From the NCBI GenBank assembly GCA_039805805.1, contig JBDLTM010000001.1, positions 1-35,231 of the forward strand: 35,231 nucleotides of DNA, read 5' to 3'. Under the pieces are notes generated by a model. The model saw only the letters and a list, made by a program, of their open reading frames with translations, did no database searches and had not been told where the DNA came from. A program made the position numbers and the translations under genes. Source of the DNA: Pseudomonadota bacterium. Lineage in GTDB: Bacteria; Pseudomonadota; Gammaproteobacteria; Burkholderiales; Burkholderiaceae_C. Positions 18,720 to 29,241 of the stretch are shown here, piece by piece; within the stretch, counting starts at the first letter, position 1; every line of letters starts with the position of its first letter.

Positions 18720-21700
18720 ATGAACGCTCCCTTGTCAGATTCCGTGCGCGCGGCGCTGGGCGCCGTCACGCTCGACAACAAGTACGCGCTGGCGCGCGGC
18801 CATGTCTTCATGAGCGGCATCCAGGCCCTGGTGCGCCTGCCCATGCTGCAGCAGCAGCGCGACGCGCTGGCCGGCAGGAACACCGCCGGCATGGTCAGCG
18901 GCTACCGCGGCTCGCCCCTGGGCGGCTACGACCTGACGCTCTGGAAGACCAAGGCCCACCTGGACGCGCACAACATCCGGTTCCAGCCTGGCGTCAACGA
19001 GGAACTCGCCGCCACCGCGATCTGGGGCACCCAGATGCTGGGTTACGCGCCGCCGGGCAGCCAGAAGTTCGACGGCGTGTTCGGCATCTGGTACGGCAAG
19101 GGGCCGGGCGTGGATCGCTGCTCCGATGTCTTCAAGCATGCCAACCTGGCCGGCACCACGCCTTGGGGCGGCGTGATCGCGGTCGCCGGCGACGACCACG
19201 CCGCCAAGAGCTCGAGCGCGCCGCACCAGAGCGACCATGTGTTCAAGGCCTGCGGCCTGCCGGTGTTCTTCCCGTCCAGCGTGCAGGAGATCCTCGACCT
19301 CGGCATCCACGCCTTCGCCATGAGCCGCTACGCCGGCCTCTGGGCTGGCATGAAGACGATCCAGGAAGTGGTCGAATCCGGCGCCGGGGTCGAGGTCGAT
19401 CCGGAACGGGTCCGGATCGTGCTGCCCGACTTCCCCATGCCGGCGGGCGGCCTGCATATCCGCTGGCCCGACACCCCGCTGGCGCAGGAAGACCGCCTGA
19501 TGAACCACAAGTGGTACGCCGCGCTGGCCTATGTGCGGGCCAACCGGCTCAACCACGATGTCTGGTCCGGGCCCGATGACCGCTTCGGCATCATCGCCAG
19601 CGGCAAGGCCTGGGGCGACACGCTGCAGGCGCTGGCCGACCTCGGGCTCGACCAGGCGGCCTGTCGCGCGCTCGGCATCCGCTTGCACAAGGTCGCGGTG
19701 GTCTGGCCGCTGGAGGCGCAGACGGTGCGCGAGTTCGCCACCGGCCTGCAGGAGATCCTGGTGGTCGAGGAGAAGCGCCAGATCATCGAGTACCAGCTCA
19801 AGGAGGAGCTCTACAACTGGCGCCCCGACGTGCGCCCGGACGTGCTGGGCAAGTTCGACGAGTCCGGCGCCGACCACAGCGGCGGCGAGTGGAGCATGCC
19901 CGACCCGAGCGGCCAGACCCTGCTGCGCGCGACCGCCGACCTGACCCCGGCGCTGATCGCGCGCGCGATCGGGCGCCGGCTGCTCCAGCGCGGCCTGCTG
20001 CCGGCCGGCAGCGCGATCGAGCAGCGGGTGCAGTCGCACCTGGCGTTGCTGGAGGCGCGCGAAAACTCGCTGCAGCAGCTCTACGCCGGTGGCACGGCGC
20101 CCGATCGTCCGCCCTGGTACTGCTCGGGCTGTCCGCACAACCGCTCGACCGTGGTGCCGGAGGGATCGCGTGCGATCGCCGGCATCGGCTGCCACTACAT
20201 GGTGACCTGGATGGACCGCCATACCGAGGGCTTCACCCAGATGGGCGGCGAGGGCGTGCCCTGGGTCGGCCAGCAGCCCTTCAGCCGCGAGAACCACCTG
20301 TTCGCCAACCTGGGCGACGGCACCTATTTCCACAGCGGGCTGATCGCGATCCGGCAGGCGATCGCGGCCGGCGTCAACATCACCTACAAGATCCTCTACA
20401 ACGACGCGGTCGCGATGACGGGCGGCCAGCCGGTGGGCGAGCGGCCCGAGGGCCATTCGGTGCTGCAGATCGTGCACAGCCTGCGTTCCGAGGGCGTGAA
20501 CCGGATCGTGATCGTGACCGACGACCCGCTCAAGTACGTCAACGCCGAGCACCGCACGCCCGGCGGCGTGACGCTGCGCCTGCCTGACGACGTGCCGGTC
20601 GAGCACCGCGACGAGCTCGACCGCCTGCAGCGCGAGTTCCGCGAGATCCCTGGCACCACCGCCATCATCTACGACCAGACCTGCGCCACCGAGAAGCGGC
20701 GCCGGCGCAAGCGCGGCCTGCTGGTCGAGCCGGCGCGGCGCGTCTACATCAACGCATCCGTCTGCGAGGGCTGCGGCGACTGCGGCGAGAAGAGCAACTG
20801 CCTGAGCGTCGAGCCGCTCGAGACCGAGCTCGGCCGCAAGCGCCAGATCAACCAGAGCAGCTGCAACCTCGACTACTCCTGCCTGGACGGTTTCTGCCCC
20901 AGCTTCGTGACGGTCGAGGGTGGCCGGCTGCGGCGCGGCGCCGACAAGGCCTTGCCCGATCCGGCCAGCCTGGGCGAATGCCCCGAGCCCGAGCTGCCGG
21001 CGACGGCCCGTTCCTACGGCATCCTGATCGCGGGCGTGGGCGGCACAGGCGTCATCACGCTGGGACAGCTGATCGGCGAGGCGGCCTTCCTCGACGGGCG
21101 CGGCGTCGTGACCCAGGACGCTGCCGGTCTGGCGCAGAAGGGCGGCGCGACCTGGAGCCATGTGCAGATCGCCGACCGCCAGCAGGACATCCTGACCACG
21201 CGCGTGAGCATGGCCGAGGCCGACCTGCTGCTGGGCTGCGATCCGATCGTCGCCGCGCAGCGCGAGTCAGTTTCCCGCCTGCGCGCGGGCCGTAGCCGGG
21301 TGGCGCTCAACTCTCATGTGGCGCCGACGGCGGCCTTCGTGCACCAGGGCGGCTGGAAGAGCCCCGGCGCGCAGTGCCAGGAACTGCTCGGGCAGTCGGT
21401 CGGCGAGCAGGCGCTGTCGGTGCTGGATGCCGAGGCCATCGCGCGCACGCTGGTCGGTGATGCGCTTTTCGCCAACCCGGTGCTGCTGGGCTACGCCTGG
21501 CAGCGCGGCTGGGTGCCGGTGCGGCGCGAGTCGCTGCGGCGCGCGATCGAGCTCAACGCCACCGCGGTGGACAGGAACCTGGCCGCCTTCGAATGGGGCC
21601 GGCTGGCGGCGCATGACGGCGCGCGCGTGCAGGCCCTGCTGGCGCCGGCGGCACAGCCGGTCCGGTTCCAGCCCCGGCCCGGGCTCGACGAACTGCTGCC

Positions 21701-22370
21701 CCGCCGCTTCGAGCTGCTGACCGCCTACCAGGATGCGGCCTACGCGCGCCGCTACGAGGAGGCGGTGCGCCGCGTGCAGCAGGCCGAGGCCGCCCTTGTG
21801 CCAGGCAAGTCCGCGCTGGCCGAGGCGGTGGCGCGCCACCTCTACGACCTGATGGCGTACAAGGACGAGTACGAGGTGGCCCGCCTCTACACCGACGGCC
21901 GCTTCGAGCGCGAGGTCGCCGAGCGCTTCGAGGGCGACTACCGGCTGCATTTCCACCTCGCGCCGCCGTTCTGGGCCGATCGCAACGCGCGCGGCGAGCT
22001 CAGGAAGAAGTCCTACGGCACCTGGATGCTCGGTCTCATGCGCCTGCTTGCGCGTGGCAAGTTCCTGCGCGGCAGCGCCTTCGACCCCTTCGGCCGCAGC
22101 GAGGAGCGCCGCACCGAGCGCGCGCTGATCGGCGAATACCTGGAGCTGGTCGACGAACTGCTGCGCACGCTGAACGCCGATAACCATGCGCTGGCGCTGC
22201 AGCTCGCGCACCTGCCGGGGCAGATCAAGGGCTTCGGCCATGTCAAGGCGCGACACCTGGCGGCGGCACGCGAGCGCTGGGTCCAGCTGCTGGCGCAGTG
22301 GCGCGCGCCGGCTTCGGCGGGCGCAGCACAATCGGACTCATCTGAAAAAATGGAAATTCAATCAACATGA
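18720..22370 (+). CDS. Indolepyruvate ferredoxin oxidoreductase family protein (fused alpha/beta, single chain)
   Basis: SGYRGSPLG, GVNEELAAT, WYGKGPGVDR, CSGCPH, GDGTYFHSG (TPP), CEGCGDC and CPSF Fe-S motifs, GVGGTGV, GLAQKGG, AYKDEYEVARL; AGGAG RBS before ATG 18720. Confidence 0.93.
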   Translation: MNAPLSDSVRAALGAVTLDNKYALARGHVFMSGIQALVRLPMLQQQRDALAGRNTAGMVSGYRGSPLGGYDLTLWKTKAHLDAHNIRFQPGVNEELAATAIWGTQMLGYAPPGSQKFDGVFGIWYGKGPGVDRCSDVFKHANLAGTTPWGGVIAVAGDDHAAKSSSAPHQSDHVFKACGLPVFFPSSVQEILDLGIHAFAMSRYAGLWAGMKTIQEVVESGAGVEVDPERVRIVLPDFPMPAGGLHIRWPDTPLAQEDRLMNHKWYAALAYVRANRLNHDVWSGPDDRFGIIASGKAWGDTLQALADLGLDQAACRALGIRLHKVAVVWPLEAQTVREFATGLQEILVVEEKRQIIEYQLKEELYNWRPDVRPDVLGKFDESGADHSGGEWSMPDPSGQTLLRATADLTPALIARAIGRRLLQRGLLPAGSAIEQRVQSHLALLEARENSLQQLYAGGTAPDRPPWYCSGCPHNRSTVVPEGSRAIAGIGCHYMVTWMDRHTEGFTQMGGEGVPWVGQQPFSRENHLFANLGDGTYFHSGLIAIRQAIAAGVNITYKILYNDAVAMTGGQPVGERPEGHSVLQIVHSLRSEGVNRIVIVTDDPLKYVNAEHRTPGGVTLRLPDDVPVEHRDELDRLQREFREIPGTTAIIYDQTCATEKRRRRKRGLLVEPARRVYINASVCEGCGDCGEKSNCLSVEPLETELGRKRQINQSSCNLDYSCLDGFCPSFVTVEGGRLRRGADKALPDPASLGECPEPELPATARSYGILIAGVGGTGVITLGQLIGEAAFLDGRGVVTQDAAGLAQKGGATWSHVQIADRQQDILTTRVSMAEADLLLGCDPIVAAQRESVSRLRAGRSRVALNSHVAPTAAFVHQGGWKSPGAQCQELLGQSVGEQALSVLDAEAIARTLVGDALFANPVLLGYAWQRGWVPVRRESLRRAIELNATAVDRNLAAFEWGRLAAHDGARVQALLAPAAQPVRFQPRPGLDELLPRRFELLTAYQDAAYARRYEEAVRRVQQAEAALVPGKSALAEAVARHLYDLMAYKDEYEVARLYTDGRFEREVAERFEGDYRLHFHLAPPFWADRNARGELRKKSYGTWMLGLMRLLARGKFLRGSAFDPFGRSEERRTERALIGEYLELVDELLRTLNADNHALALQLAHLPGQIKGFGHVKARHLAAARERWVQLLAQWRAPASAGAAQSDSSEKMEIQST

Positions 22371-22747
22371 GCCAGACCTTGCGCTTCCTCCAGTTCGACT
22401 GCAGCGATGACAACAGTGGCCTTGTCAGCTTCGAGGCCATGGCCAGCGTTGGCGCCGCGCAATGGCCGGCGCTGCAGGCCGAGCTCAAGCTGGTGCTGGA
22501 CTGGGCCCACCACGGCTATGCCGGCGTGCGCGGCCCGCTCGAGGACGACGGCGACTGGGACTACGACCTGCACGCCAGCCTCGAGACGATCGCCACGCTC
22601 GAGCTCGACTACGACCCCGACTCGCGCCGCCTCGCCAGCCATCTCCTGGCCGACGGCGTGCCGCGCCACACCCTGACGCTGACCCTGAGCGGCACCCCGG
22701 GCTTTGCGCAAGCCCTGCGCGAGCGCTTCGACTTGGGCGACGATTAG
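22367..22747 (+). CDS. Hypothetical acidic protein, translationally coupled to the oxidoreductase
   Basis: 126 aa ORF with ATGA overlap; host-like codon usage; fills the gap before yajC. Confidence 0.75.
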   Translation: MSQTLRFLQFDCSDDNSGLVSFEAMASVGAAQWPALQAELKLVLDWAHHGYAGVRGPLEDDGDWDYDLHASLETIATLELDYDPDSRRLASHLLADGVPRHTLTLTLSGTPGFAQALRERFDLGDD

Positions 22748-22811
22748 AATGGCCACAGGCCAGTCCCTTCGGGCCGGCTACAAGTGACTTTTTCCGAGAC
22801 AGGATTTTCAA

Positions 22812-23132
22812 GTGTTCATTTCTCCCGCTTTCGCCCAGGCCGCCGCTGGCGGCGACACCCAGTCGACCCTGATGAACATGCTGCCGCTGGTGCTGATGTT
22901 CGTGGTGCTGTACTTCGTCATGATCCGCCCGCAGATGCGCAAGCAGAAGGAGCACAAGGCCATGATCGAGGCGCTGGCCAAGGGCGACGAGGTCGTGACC
23001 GCCGGCGGCATGCTGGGCCGTGTCAGCAAGCTCGGCGAGACCAGCATCGGCGTCGAGATCGCCAACGGCGTCGAGATCCAGCTGCAGCGCAGCGCCGTGG
23101 CCCAGGTGCTGCCCAAGGGCACCCTCAAGTAA
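22812..23132 (+). CDS. yajC: Preprotein translocase subunit YajC
   Basis: YFVMIRPQ, KGDEVVTAGG, VLPKGTLK; GTG start after AGGA. Confidence 0.95.
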   Translation: MFISPAFAQAAAGGDTQSTLMNMLPLVLMFVVLYFVMIRPQMRKQKEHKAMIEALAKGDEVVTAGGMLGRVSKLGETSIGVEIANGVEIQLQRSAVAQVLPKGTLK

Positions 23133-23201
23133 TTCCCCTGCGACAGAGCACGGCCGGACCCCGATCCGGCCGTTCGGCTTTTTGAACGGAGCGCCAGGCT
23201 C

Positions 23202-25106
23202 ATGAACCGATATCCCTTGTGGAAATACGTGACCATCGTCGTCGCGTTGCTGATCGCCACCCTCTACACCCTGCCCAATTTCTTCGGCGAGGCGCCAGCG
23301 GTCCAGGTTTCCTCGGGCAAGGCGACCGTCAAGGTCGACCATGCCATGGTGGCCCGCGTCGAACAGGTGCTGGCGCAGCAGGGCCTGGTCGCCGACGCCA
23401 TTCAGTTCGACGGCAACTCGGTCAAGGCGCGCTTTGCCAGCACCGACCTGCAGATCAAGGCGCGCGACGCTATCGATCACGCGCTCAACAATGACCGGAA
23501 TGATCCCAGCCACATCGTGGCGCTGAACCTGCTGCCGCGCACGCCGGCCTGGCTGCAGTCCTTCGGCGCCGCGCCGATGTACCTGGGCCTTGACCTGCGC
23601 GGTGGCGTGCACTTCATGCTGCAGGTCGACATGGTCGGCGCGCTCAACAAGCGCGCCGAGGGGCTGGCCAGCGAGGTCCGCACCGTGCTGCGCGAGAAGA
23701 ACCTGCGCGCCGTCGTGCGTCGCGAGGGCCAGGCGCTCGACATCCGTCTGCGTGACGCCGAGTCGTTCGCCGCTGCCTCCCGCCTGCTGTCGGGGCAGTT
23801 CGCCGAATGGACCTTCATCGAGTCCAACGTCGAGGGCGAGTACCGCCTGACCGCGCGCCTCAAGCCCGAGGGCGCGCGCGCGATCCAGGAGCAGGCGCTC
23901 AAGCAGAACATCAACACGCTCAACAACCGCATCAACGAGCTCGGCGTGGCCGAGCCGGTGATCCAGCAGCAGGGACAGGACCGCATCGTGGTCCAGCTGC
24001 CGGGCGTGCAGGACACCGCCAAGGCCAAGGACATCCTGGGCCGCACCGCGACGCTGGAAGTGCGGATGGTCGAGGCGCATGGCATCCCGGGCGCGCGCGA
24101 CTACAACCCGGCCCGCATCCAGGAAGCCGAGCAGGGCCTGGTGCCGCCCGGCACCGAGCTGCTCTACTCGAGCCGCGACGGCCGCAAGGAGCCGCTGCTG
24201 CTGTCGCGCGAGGTGATCTTCTCGGGCGACAACCTGACCGGCGCCGACGCCTCGATCGATCAGCAGAACTCGAGCTCGGTCGTCAGCGTGACGCTTGACG
24301 GCAAGGGTGGCGCCGCGATGCGCGCCGCCACCCGCGACGGCATCAAGCGCCGCATGGCGGTGGTGCTGATCGAGAAGGGACGGCCCGAGGTGCTGACCGC
24401 GCCGACCATCCAGTCCGAGCTCAGCAACCGCTTCCAGATCACCGGCATGAACAGCCCGCAGGAGGCGACCGACCTCGCGCTGCTGATGCGCGCCGGCAGC
24501 CTGGCCGCGCCGATGGAGATCATCGAGGAGCGCACCATCGGCCCGAGCCTGGGCGCCGAGAACATCGCCAAGGGCTTCAACAGCGTGGTCTGGGGCTTCG
24601 TGGTGATCGCCATCTTCATGTGCGTCTACTACCTGCTGTTCGGCCTGTTCTCGAGCATCGCGCTGGCTGTCAACGTACTGCTGCTGGTTGCCGTGCTGTC
24701 GATGCTGCAGGCGACCCTCACCTTGCCCGGCATCGCCGCGATGGCGCTTGCGCTCGGCATGGCGATCGACTCCAACGTGCTGATCAACGAGCGCATCCGG
24801 GAGGAACTGCGCAATGGCGCGCCGCCGCAGTCCGCCATCCATGCCGGCTACGAGCATGCCTGGGACACCATCCTGGACTCCAACATCACGACGCTGATCG
24901 CTGGCGTCGCCCTGCTGGCCTTCGGTACCGGCCCGGTGCGCGGCTTCGCGGTCGTGCACTGCATCGGCATCCTGACCAGCATGTTCTCGGCCGTGTTCTT
25001 CTCGCGCGGGCTGGTCAACCTCTGGTACGGCCGCCAGAAGAAGCTCAAGTCCGTGTCGATCGGCACGGTGTGGAAACCGGCCGCCAGCGCGGCCAAGGCC
25101 GACTGA
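23202..25106 (+). CDS. secD: Protein translocase subunit SecD
   Basis: MNRYPLWKY, LGLDLRGG, RINELGVAEP, IGPSLG, TLPGIA, AIDSNVLINERI. Confidence 0.97.
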   Translation: MNRYPLWKYVTIVVALLIATLYTLPNFFGEAPAVQVSSGKATVKVDHAMVARVEQVLAQQGLVADAIQFDGNSVKARFASTDLQIKARDAIDHALNNDRNDPSHIVALNLLPRTPAWLQSFGAAPMYLGLDLRGGVHFMLQVDMVGALNKRAEGLASEVRTVLREKNLRAVVRREGQALDIRLRDAESFAAASRLLSGQFAEWTFIESNVEGEYRLTARLKPEGARAIQEQALKQNINTLNNRINELGVAEPVIQQQGQDRIVVQLPGVQDTAKAKDILGRTATLEVRMVEAHGIPGARDYNPARIQEAEQGLVPPGTELLYSSRDGRKEPLLLSREVIFSGDNLTGADASIDQQNSSSVVSVTLDGKGGAAMRAATRDGIKRRMAVVLIEKGRPEVLTAPTIQSELSNRFQITGMNSPQEATDLALLMRAGSLAAPMEIIEERTIGPSLGAENIAKGFNSVVWGFVVIAIFMCVYYLLFGLFSSIALAVNVLLLVAVLSMLQATLTLPGIAAMALALGMAIDSNVLINERIREELRNGAPPQSAIHAGYEHAWDTILDSNITTLIAGVALLAFGTGPVRGFAVVHCIGILTSMFSAVFFSRGLVNLWYGRQKKLKSVSIGTVWKPAASAAKAD

Positions 25107-25118
25107 TCGGGAGGAAAA

Positions 25119-26069
25119 ATGGAACTGTTTCGCATCAAGAAAGACATCCCGTTCATGCGCCAGGCTCTGGTGCTCAACGCGGTGTCGCTCGTGACCTTCC
25201 TCGCCGCCGTGTTCTTCCTCTTCTCGCGCGGGCTCAACCTGTCGGTCGAGTTCACCGGCGGCACCGTGATGGAGGTGGCCTACGAGCAGCCGGCCGACCT
25301 CGAGTCGGTCCGCAAGGTGGTCGCCAGCCTGGGCTATGCCGACGTGCCAGTGCAGAACTTCGGCAGCTCGCGCGATGTCCTGATGCGCCTGCCGGTGCTG
25401 CAGGGCCAGACCTCGGGCCAGCAGAGCGAAGCCATGATGGCCGCGCTCAAGGCGCAGAACCCGGCGGTGCAGCTGCGCCGCACCGAGTTCGTCGGCCCCC
25501 AGGTCGGCCAGGAGCTGCTGACCGACGGCCTCAAGGCGCTGGCTTTCGTGATCGCCGGCATCATGCTCTACCTCGCGGTCCGCTTCGAGTGGAAGTACGC
25601 GGTCTCGGGCATCATCGCCAACCTGCACGATATCGTCATCATCCTGGGCTTCTTCGCCTTCTTCCAGTGGGAGTTCTCGCTCGCGGTGCTGGCGGCGGTG
25701 CTGGCGGTGCTGGGCTATTCGGTCAACGAGTCGGTGGTGATCTTCGACCGCATCCGCGAGACCTTTCGGCGCCAGCGCAAGATGGGCACGGTGCAGGTGA
25801 TCGACCACGCCATCACCTCGACCATCAGCCGCACCATCATCACGCACGGCTCGACCCAGATCATGGTCCTCTCCATGCTGCTGTTCGGCGGCCAGACGCT
25901 GCACCACTTCGCGATGGCGCTCACCATCGGCATCTGCTTCGGTATCTACTCGTCGGTGTTCGTGGCGGCGGCGATCGCGATGTGGCTGGGCATCAGGCGC
26001 GAGGATCTGGTCAAGGCGTCGAGCAAGAAGGGCGATCCGGACGATCCGCACGCTGGCGCGGTGGTCTGA
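25119..26069 (+). CDS. secF: Protein translocase subunit SecF
   Basis: SVEFTGG, FVGPQVG, RFEW, LHD, GYSVNESVVIFDRIRE, SRTIIT, GIYSS. Confidence 0.97.
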   Translation: MELFRIKKDIPFMRQALVLNAVSLVTFLAAVFFLFSRGLNLSVEFTGGTVMEVAYEQPADLESVRKVVASLGYADVPVQNFGSSRDVLMRLPVLQGQTSGQQSEAMMAALKAQNPAVQLRRTEFVGPQVGQELLTDGLKALAFVIAGIMLYLAVRFEWKYAVSGIIANLHDIVIILGFFAFFQWEFSLAVLAAVLAVLGYSVNESVVIFDRIRETFRRQRKMGTVQVIDHAITSTISRTIITHGSTQIMVLSMLLFGGQTLHHFAMALTIGICFGIYSSVFVAAAIAMWLGIRREDLVKASSKKGDPDDPHAGAVV

Positions 26070-26084
26070 TCCGCATTGCATCAT

Positions 26085-26115
26085 GAAGGGGGCCATCGGG
26101 CCCCGTTCGCGTTTT
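26085..26115 (+). terminator. Probable terminator between convergent secF and dprA
   Basis: GAAGGGGGCC-atcg-GGCCCCGTTC followed by GCGTTTT. Confidence 0.55.
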
Positions 26116-26127
26116 CAGGCCGCGGCC

Positions 26128-27258
26128 TCAGGCGTTGGCGCGGCGCTGGTACAGGCCGCCTGGCAGCCTGGCCACGAGGCCGTCGAACTCGAGCTCCAGC
26201 AGCCAGGCCTGCAGCGTGGCGGTGTCGAGGCCGCTGCGGGCCTGCAGCGCATCGAGTCCGCAGGGCTCGAAGCCCAGTTGTCCCAGCAGCGCCGCGCTGC
26301 GTGGCGTGGACGGTTCCGCCCGGGCGCCTTCATCCGCTGCGGCTCCCGTTTGGCCAGCGTGGGCGGCCTGCGAGCTGACGTGCAGTTCCTCCAGGATGTC
26401 CTGCGCCGACTCGACCAGCTTGGCGCCCTGGCGGATCAGCAAGTGGCAGCCGCGCGACTGCGGCGAGTGGATCGAGCCCGGGATCGCGAACACCTCGCGT
26501 CCCTGCTCGGCGGCCTGGCGCGCGGTGATCAGCGAGCCCGACTGCAGCGCGGCCTCGACCACCAGCACGCCCTGGCTCAGGCCCGAGATGATGCGGTTGC
26601 GCCTGGGAAAATTCGGCGCCAGCGGCGGCGTGCCGAGCAGGTATTCGCTGATCAGCGCACCCTGCGCGGCGATGCGCCGCGCCAGCGCCTGGTGCTGCTT
26701 GGGATAGACCTGGTCGAGCCCGGTGCCGACGATGGCCAGCGTGCTGCCGCCGGCTTGCAGCGCGCCCTCGTGCGCCGCCGCGTCGATGCCCAGCGCCAGT
26801 CCCGAGATGATGCAGGCGCCGGCCGAAGCCAGCGCCTGGGCGAAGGCGCGCGCGTTGTCGGCTCCCTGTGCGGTCGGGTTGCGGCTGCCGACCACCGCCA
26901 GCCGCAAGGGCTGGCGCAGCGCGGCCAGATCGCCCTCGACATGCAGCAGCAGCGGAGGGTCCTCGGTCTGCAGCAGCCCGGCCGGATAGTCCGGGTCTCC
27001 CAGCGTGATCAGGTGCCGCCGCCCCTCGCCCTCGGCCAGCCAGGCGCTGGTGCGCGCGCAGAGCTCGCGCCAGCCCTCGGGTTCGGCCAGCAGGCGGGCG
27101 GCCAGCGCCGGGCCCGTGATCGCGCTGAGCGCCGACTGCGGCTGGGCAAACAGCGCTGGCGGCAGTCCGAAAGCCGCCAGCAGCTTGCGCGCGGTCGCAT
27201 CGCCCACGCCGGGCGTGAGCTTGAGGCGCAGCCAGGCGTCTCGCTCCTCGTCCTGCAT
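26128..27258 (-). CDS. dprA: DNA-processing protein DprA (Smf)
   Basis: [57 protein letters not shown]; C-terminal LLELE winged helix. Confidence 0.96.
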   Translation of the reverse strand: MQDEERDAWLRLKLTPGVGDATARKLLAAFGLPPALFAQPQSALSAITGPALAARLLAEPEGWRELCARTSAWLAEGEGRRHLITLGDPDYPAGLLQTEDPPLLLHVEGDLAALRQPLRLAVVGSRNPTAQGADNARAFAQALASAGACIISGLALGIDAAAHEGALQAGGSTLAIVGTGLDQVYPKQHQALARRIAAQGALISEYLLGTPPLAPNFPRRNRIISGLSQGVLVVEAALQSGSLITARQAAEQGREVFAIPGSIHSPQSRGCHLLIRQGAKLVESAQDILEELHVSSQAAHAGQTGAAADEGARAEPSTPRSAALLGQLGFEPCGLDALQARSGLDTATLQAWLLELEFDGLVARLPGGLYQRRANA

Positions 27259-27269
27259 GCTGCTGGCGC

Positions 27270-28559
27270 TCAGGGCTTGACGAAGCGGTCGCCGACCTTG
27301 ACGCCGTCGGCGATCTGCAGCACCAGGGCGTAGGAGACGCGCTCGAAGGTCCGGAACACCATCATCAGGCCGTTGCGCTCGCCCGGCAGGCGCAGTTCGG
27401 GCCGGGCCTCGTCGGTCCTGTCGTGCTGCAGGCCGCTGTCGCGCAGCAGGGCCAGCACATGTCCGCGCTCGAGCCCATCGCGGCTGCCGCGGTTGATCGC
27501 GACCACCTGGTTCTGGCCGGCGAAGCGCACCGCGTTGCCGTAGACCGAGACGACCTGGCCCTGCTGGGCCGGATCGGGGGCATGCGGGATGAATTGCGGC
27601 AGTTCGCGAGGCGGCTCGGGCAGCAGGCGGTCGCCGACGCGGATCTCCTCCCTGGTCTGGGTGATGTCGATCGTCGCCGGCACGATCTGCTGTCCGCCCT
27701 GGCCCTCGGTTCCGGGCGCGTTGAGCAGGCCTTCGGCGCGCTCGAGCTCGGCCTGGCCCACATACTGCGCCTCGTAGCCCAGGATCTCGCCGCTGGCCGG
27801 ATCCCGCAGGGGGGTGGCGTTGCGGAAGACGCGGAACTGGCGCGGCTGTCCCGCGCCGAGCAGCAGCGGCCGCCCACTCAGCGCGCCGGCCTCGCCGTAC
27901 TGGCCGCGCGCATAGGCGCGGTCGCCCTGGCTGAGCAGCACGCGGTTCTCGGGCGCGGCGACGATCCGGGCCGCCGCGGCCAGCGCCGACTCCCCGACGA
28001 CCAGCGCCTCGTTCAGGAAGGGGGCGATCGCGCCGAGCGGGATCGGCGGGATCGCGGCCTCGTCCAAGCTCTCGCGCCTGACGCGCGGCGAGAGCTTGAC
28101 GGTGGGCTCAGCGCCCTGGTCGAAGCTGAGCCAGGCCCGGCCATCGGCCTGGTTGAGCACCAGCACCTGTCCCGGGAAGATCAGGTGCGGGTTGCGGATC
28201 TGCTGCAGGTTCATGCCCCAGAGCTCGGGCCAGCGCCAGGGGCGCCGCAGGAAGAGACCCGAGATGTCCCACAGCGTGTCGCCACGCTGGATCGTGTAGC
28301 GGTCCGGCGCGTCGGGACTGAGCTCCTCGAGCGGGACGCCGCGCTGTGCCACCCTTTGCGCGGTCTGGCGCTGCCCCGGCGTGATCGGATAGTCGGGAAA
28401 GGCGTGCGCAGGCCCCAGTGTGCCGAGCAGGGCCAGGCCGGCGGAGCCGGCGAGCAGTTGGCGCCGCCCGGCGGATGGGCCGGCCGCGCTGCCATGCCGG
28501 CGTTCTGCCTCGCCCATGCGCTGTCCACCATCCGGCTCGGGCTTGTTCATGGCCGCCAT
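27270..28559 (-). CDS. LysM peptidoglycan-binding domain protein
   Basis: [13 protein letters not shown]...PWRWPELW...[11 protein letters not shown] LysM domain; usual position between def and dprA; GGAGG RBS. Confidence 0.92.
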   Translation of the reverse strand: MAAMNKPEPDGGQRMGEAERRHGSAAGPSAGRRQLLAGSAGLALLGTLGPAHAFPDYPITPGQRQTAQRVAQRGVPLEELSPDAPDRYTIQRGDTLWDISGLFLRRPWRWPELWGMNLQQIRNPHLIFPGQVLVLNQADGRAWLSFDQGAEPTVKLSPRVRRESLDEAAIPPIPLGAIAPFLNEALVVGESALAAAARIVAAPENRVLLSQGDRAYARGQYGEAGALSGRPLLLGAGQPRQFRVFRNATPLRDPASGEILGYEAQYVGQAELERAEGLLNAPGTEGQGGQQIVPATIDITQTREEIRVGDRLLPEPPRELPQFIPHAPDPAQQGQVVSVYGNAVRFAGQNQVVAINRGSRDGLERGHVLALLRDSGLQHDRTDEARPELRLPGERNGLMMVFRTFERVSYALVLQIADGVKVGDRFVKP

Positions 28560-28721
28560 TGCTTCCTCCCTGGGATTTGTTACTTATATTGCGTTGACTA
28601 TCAGGCTTATAGCAAGCCCTTTGCCCCCATGTCCAGACGCCGCGCGCAAAAGCCGCGAAAATACCGGCACTGGCGCCCGTTCCGACGGCTTTGCTGCGCA
28701 TCACGAAAGAGATCCCTCCCC

Positions 28722-29240
28722 ATGTCCGATACCGAACTGCTGACCATCCTGCGTTACCCCGATCCGCGCCTCCACACCGTGGCCCAGCCCGTGGCATCGG
28801 TCGATGACGCGATCCGCGCCATGATCGAGCGCATGCTCGCCACCATGTACGCTGCCCAGGGCATCGGCCTGGCGGCGACCCAGGTCGACTTCCACCAGCG
28901 CCTGGTCGTGATCGACACCAGCGAGGAGCGCAACCAGCCGATGGTGCTGATCAACCCCGAGATCGAGTGGGCCAGCCCGACCAGGCGCCGTGGCGAGGAG
29001 GGCTGCCTGTCGGTGCCCGGCATCTACGACGGCGTCGAGCGCTCGATCGCGGTCAAGGTGCGCGCGCTCGACGAGAAGGGCGAGAGCCGCCTGATCGAGG
29101 CGGAGGGCCTGCTGGCGGTCTGCATCCAGCACGAGATCGACCACCTCGACGGCAAGGTGTTCGTGCAGCATCTGTCGCAGCTCAAGCGCGACCGCATCAA
29201 GGCCAAGCTGATCAAGGCCGAACGCGAGGCCCGGCGCTGA
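28722..29240 (+). CDS. def: Peptide deformylase
   Basis: [22 protein letters not shown]; start at ATG 28722. Confidence 0.97.
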   Translation: MSDTELLTILRYPDPRLHTVAQPVASVDDAIRAMIERMLATMYAAQGIGLAATQVDFHQRLVVIDTSEERNQPMVLINPEIEWASPTRRRGEEGCLSVPGIYDGVERSIAVKVRALDEKGESRLIEAEGLLAVCIQHEIDHLDGKVFVQHLSQLKRDRIKAKLIKAEREARR

Positions 29241-29241
29241 G

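Noticed and set aside
18735-21161. 808-aa minus-strand ORF
   Set aside because: Antisense shadow of the indolepyruvate oxidoreductase gene.
22748-22811. Absence of queA-tgt upstream of yajC
   Set aside because: A gene-order difference from enterobacteria with no scar, repeat or mobile element; not evidence of anything unusual on its own.
22485-26096. 1203-aa minus-strand ORF
   Set aside because: Antisense shadow of yajC-secD-secF. High-GC codon bias removes stops on the opposite strand, and it has no recognisable motifs.
27423-29240. Apparent 605-aa N-terminally extended peptide deformylase
   Set aside because: The extension is antisense to the LysM gene; the deformylase sequence begins at ATG 28722.
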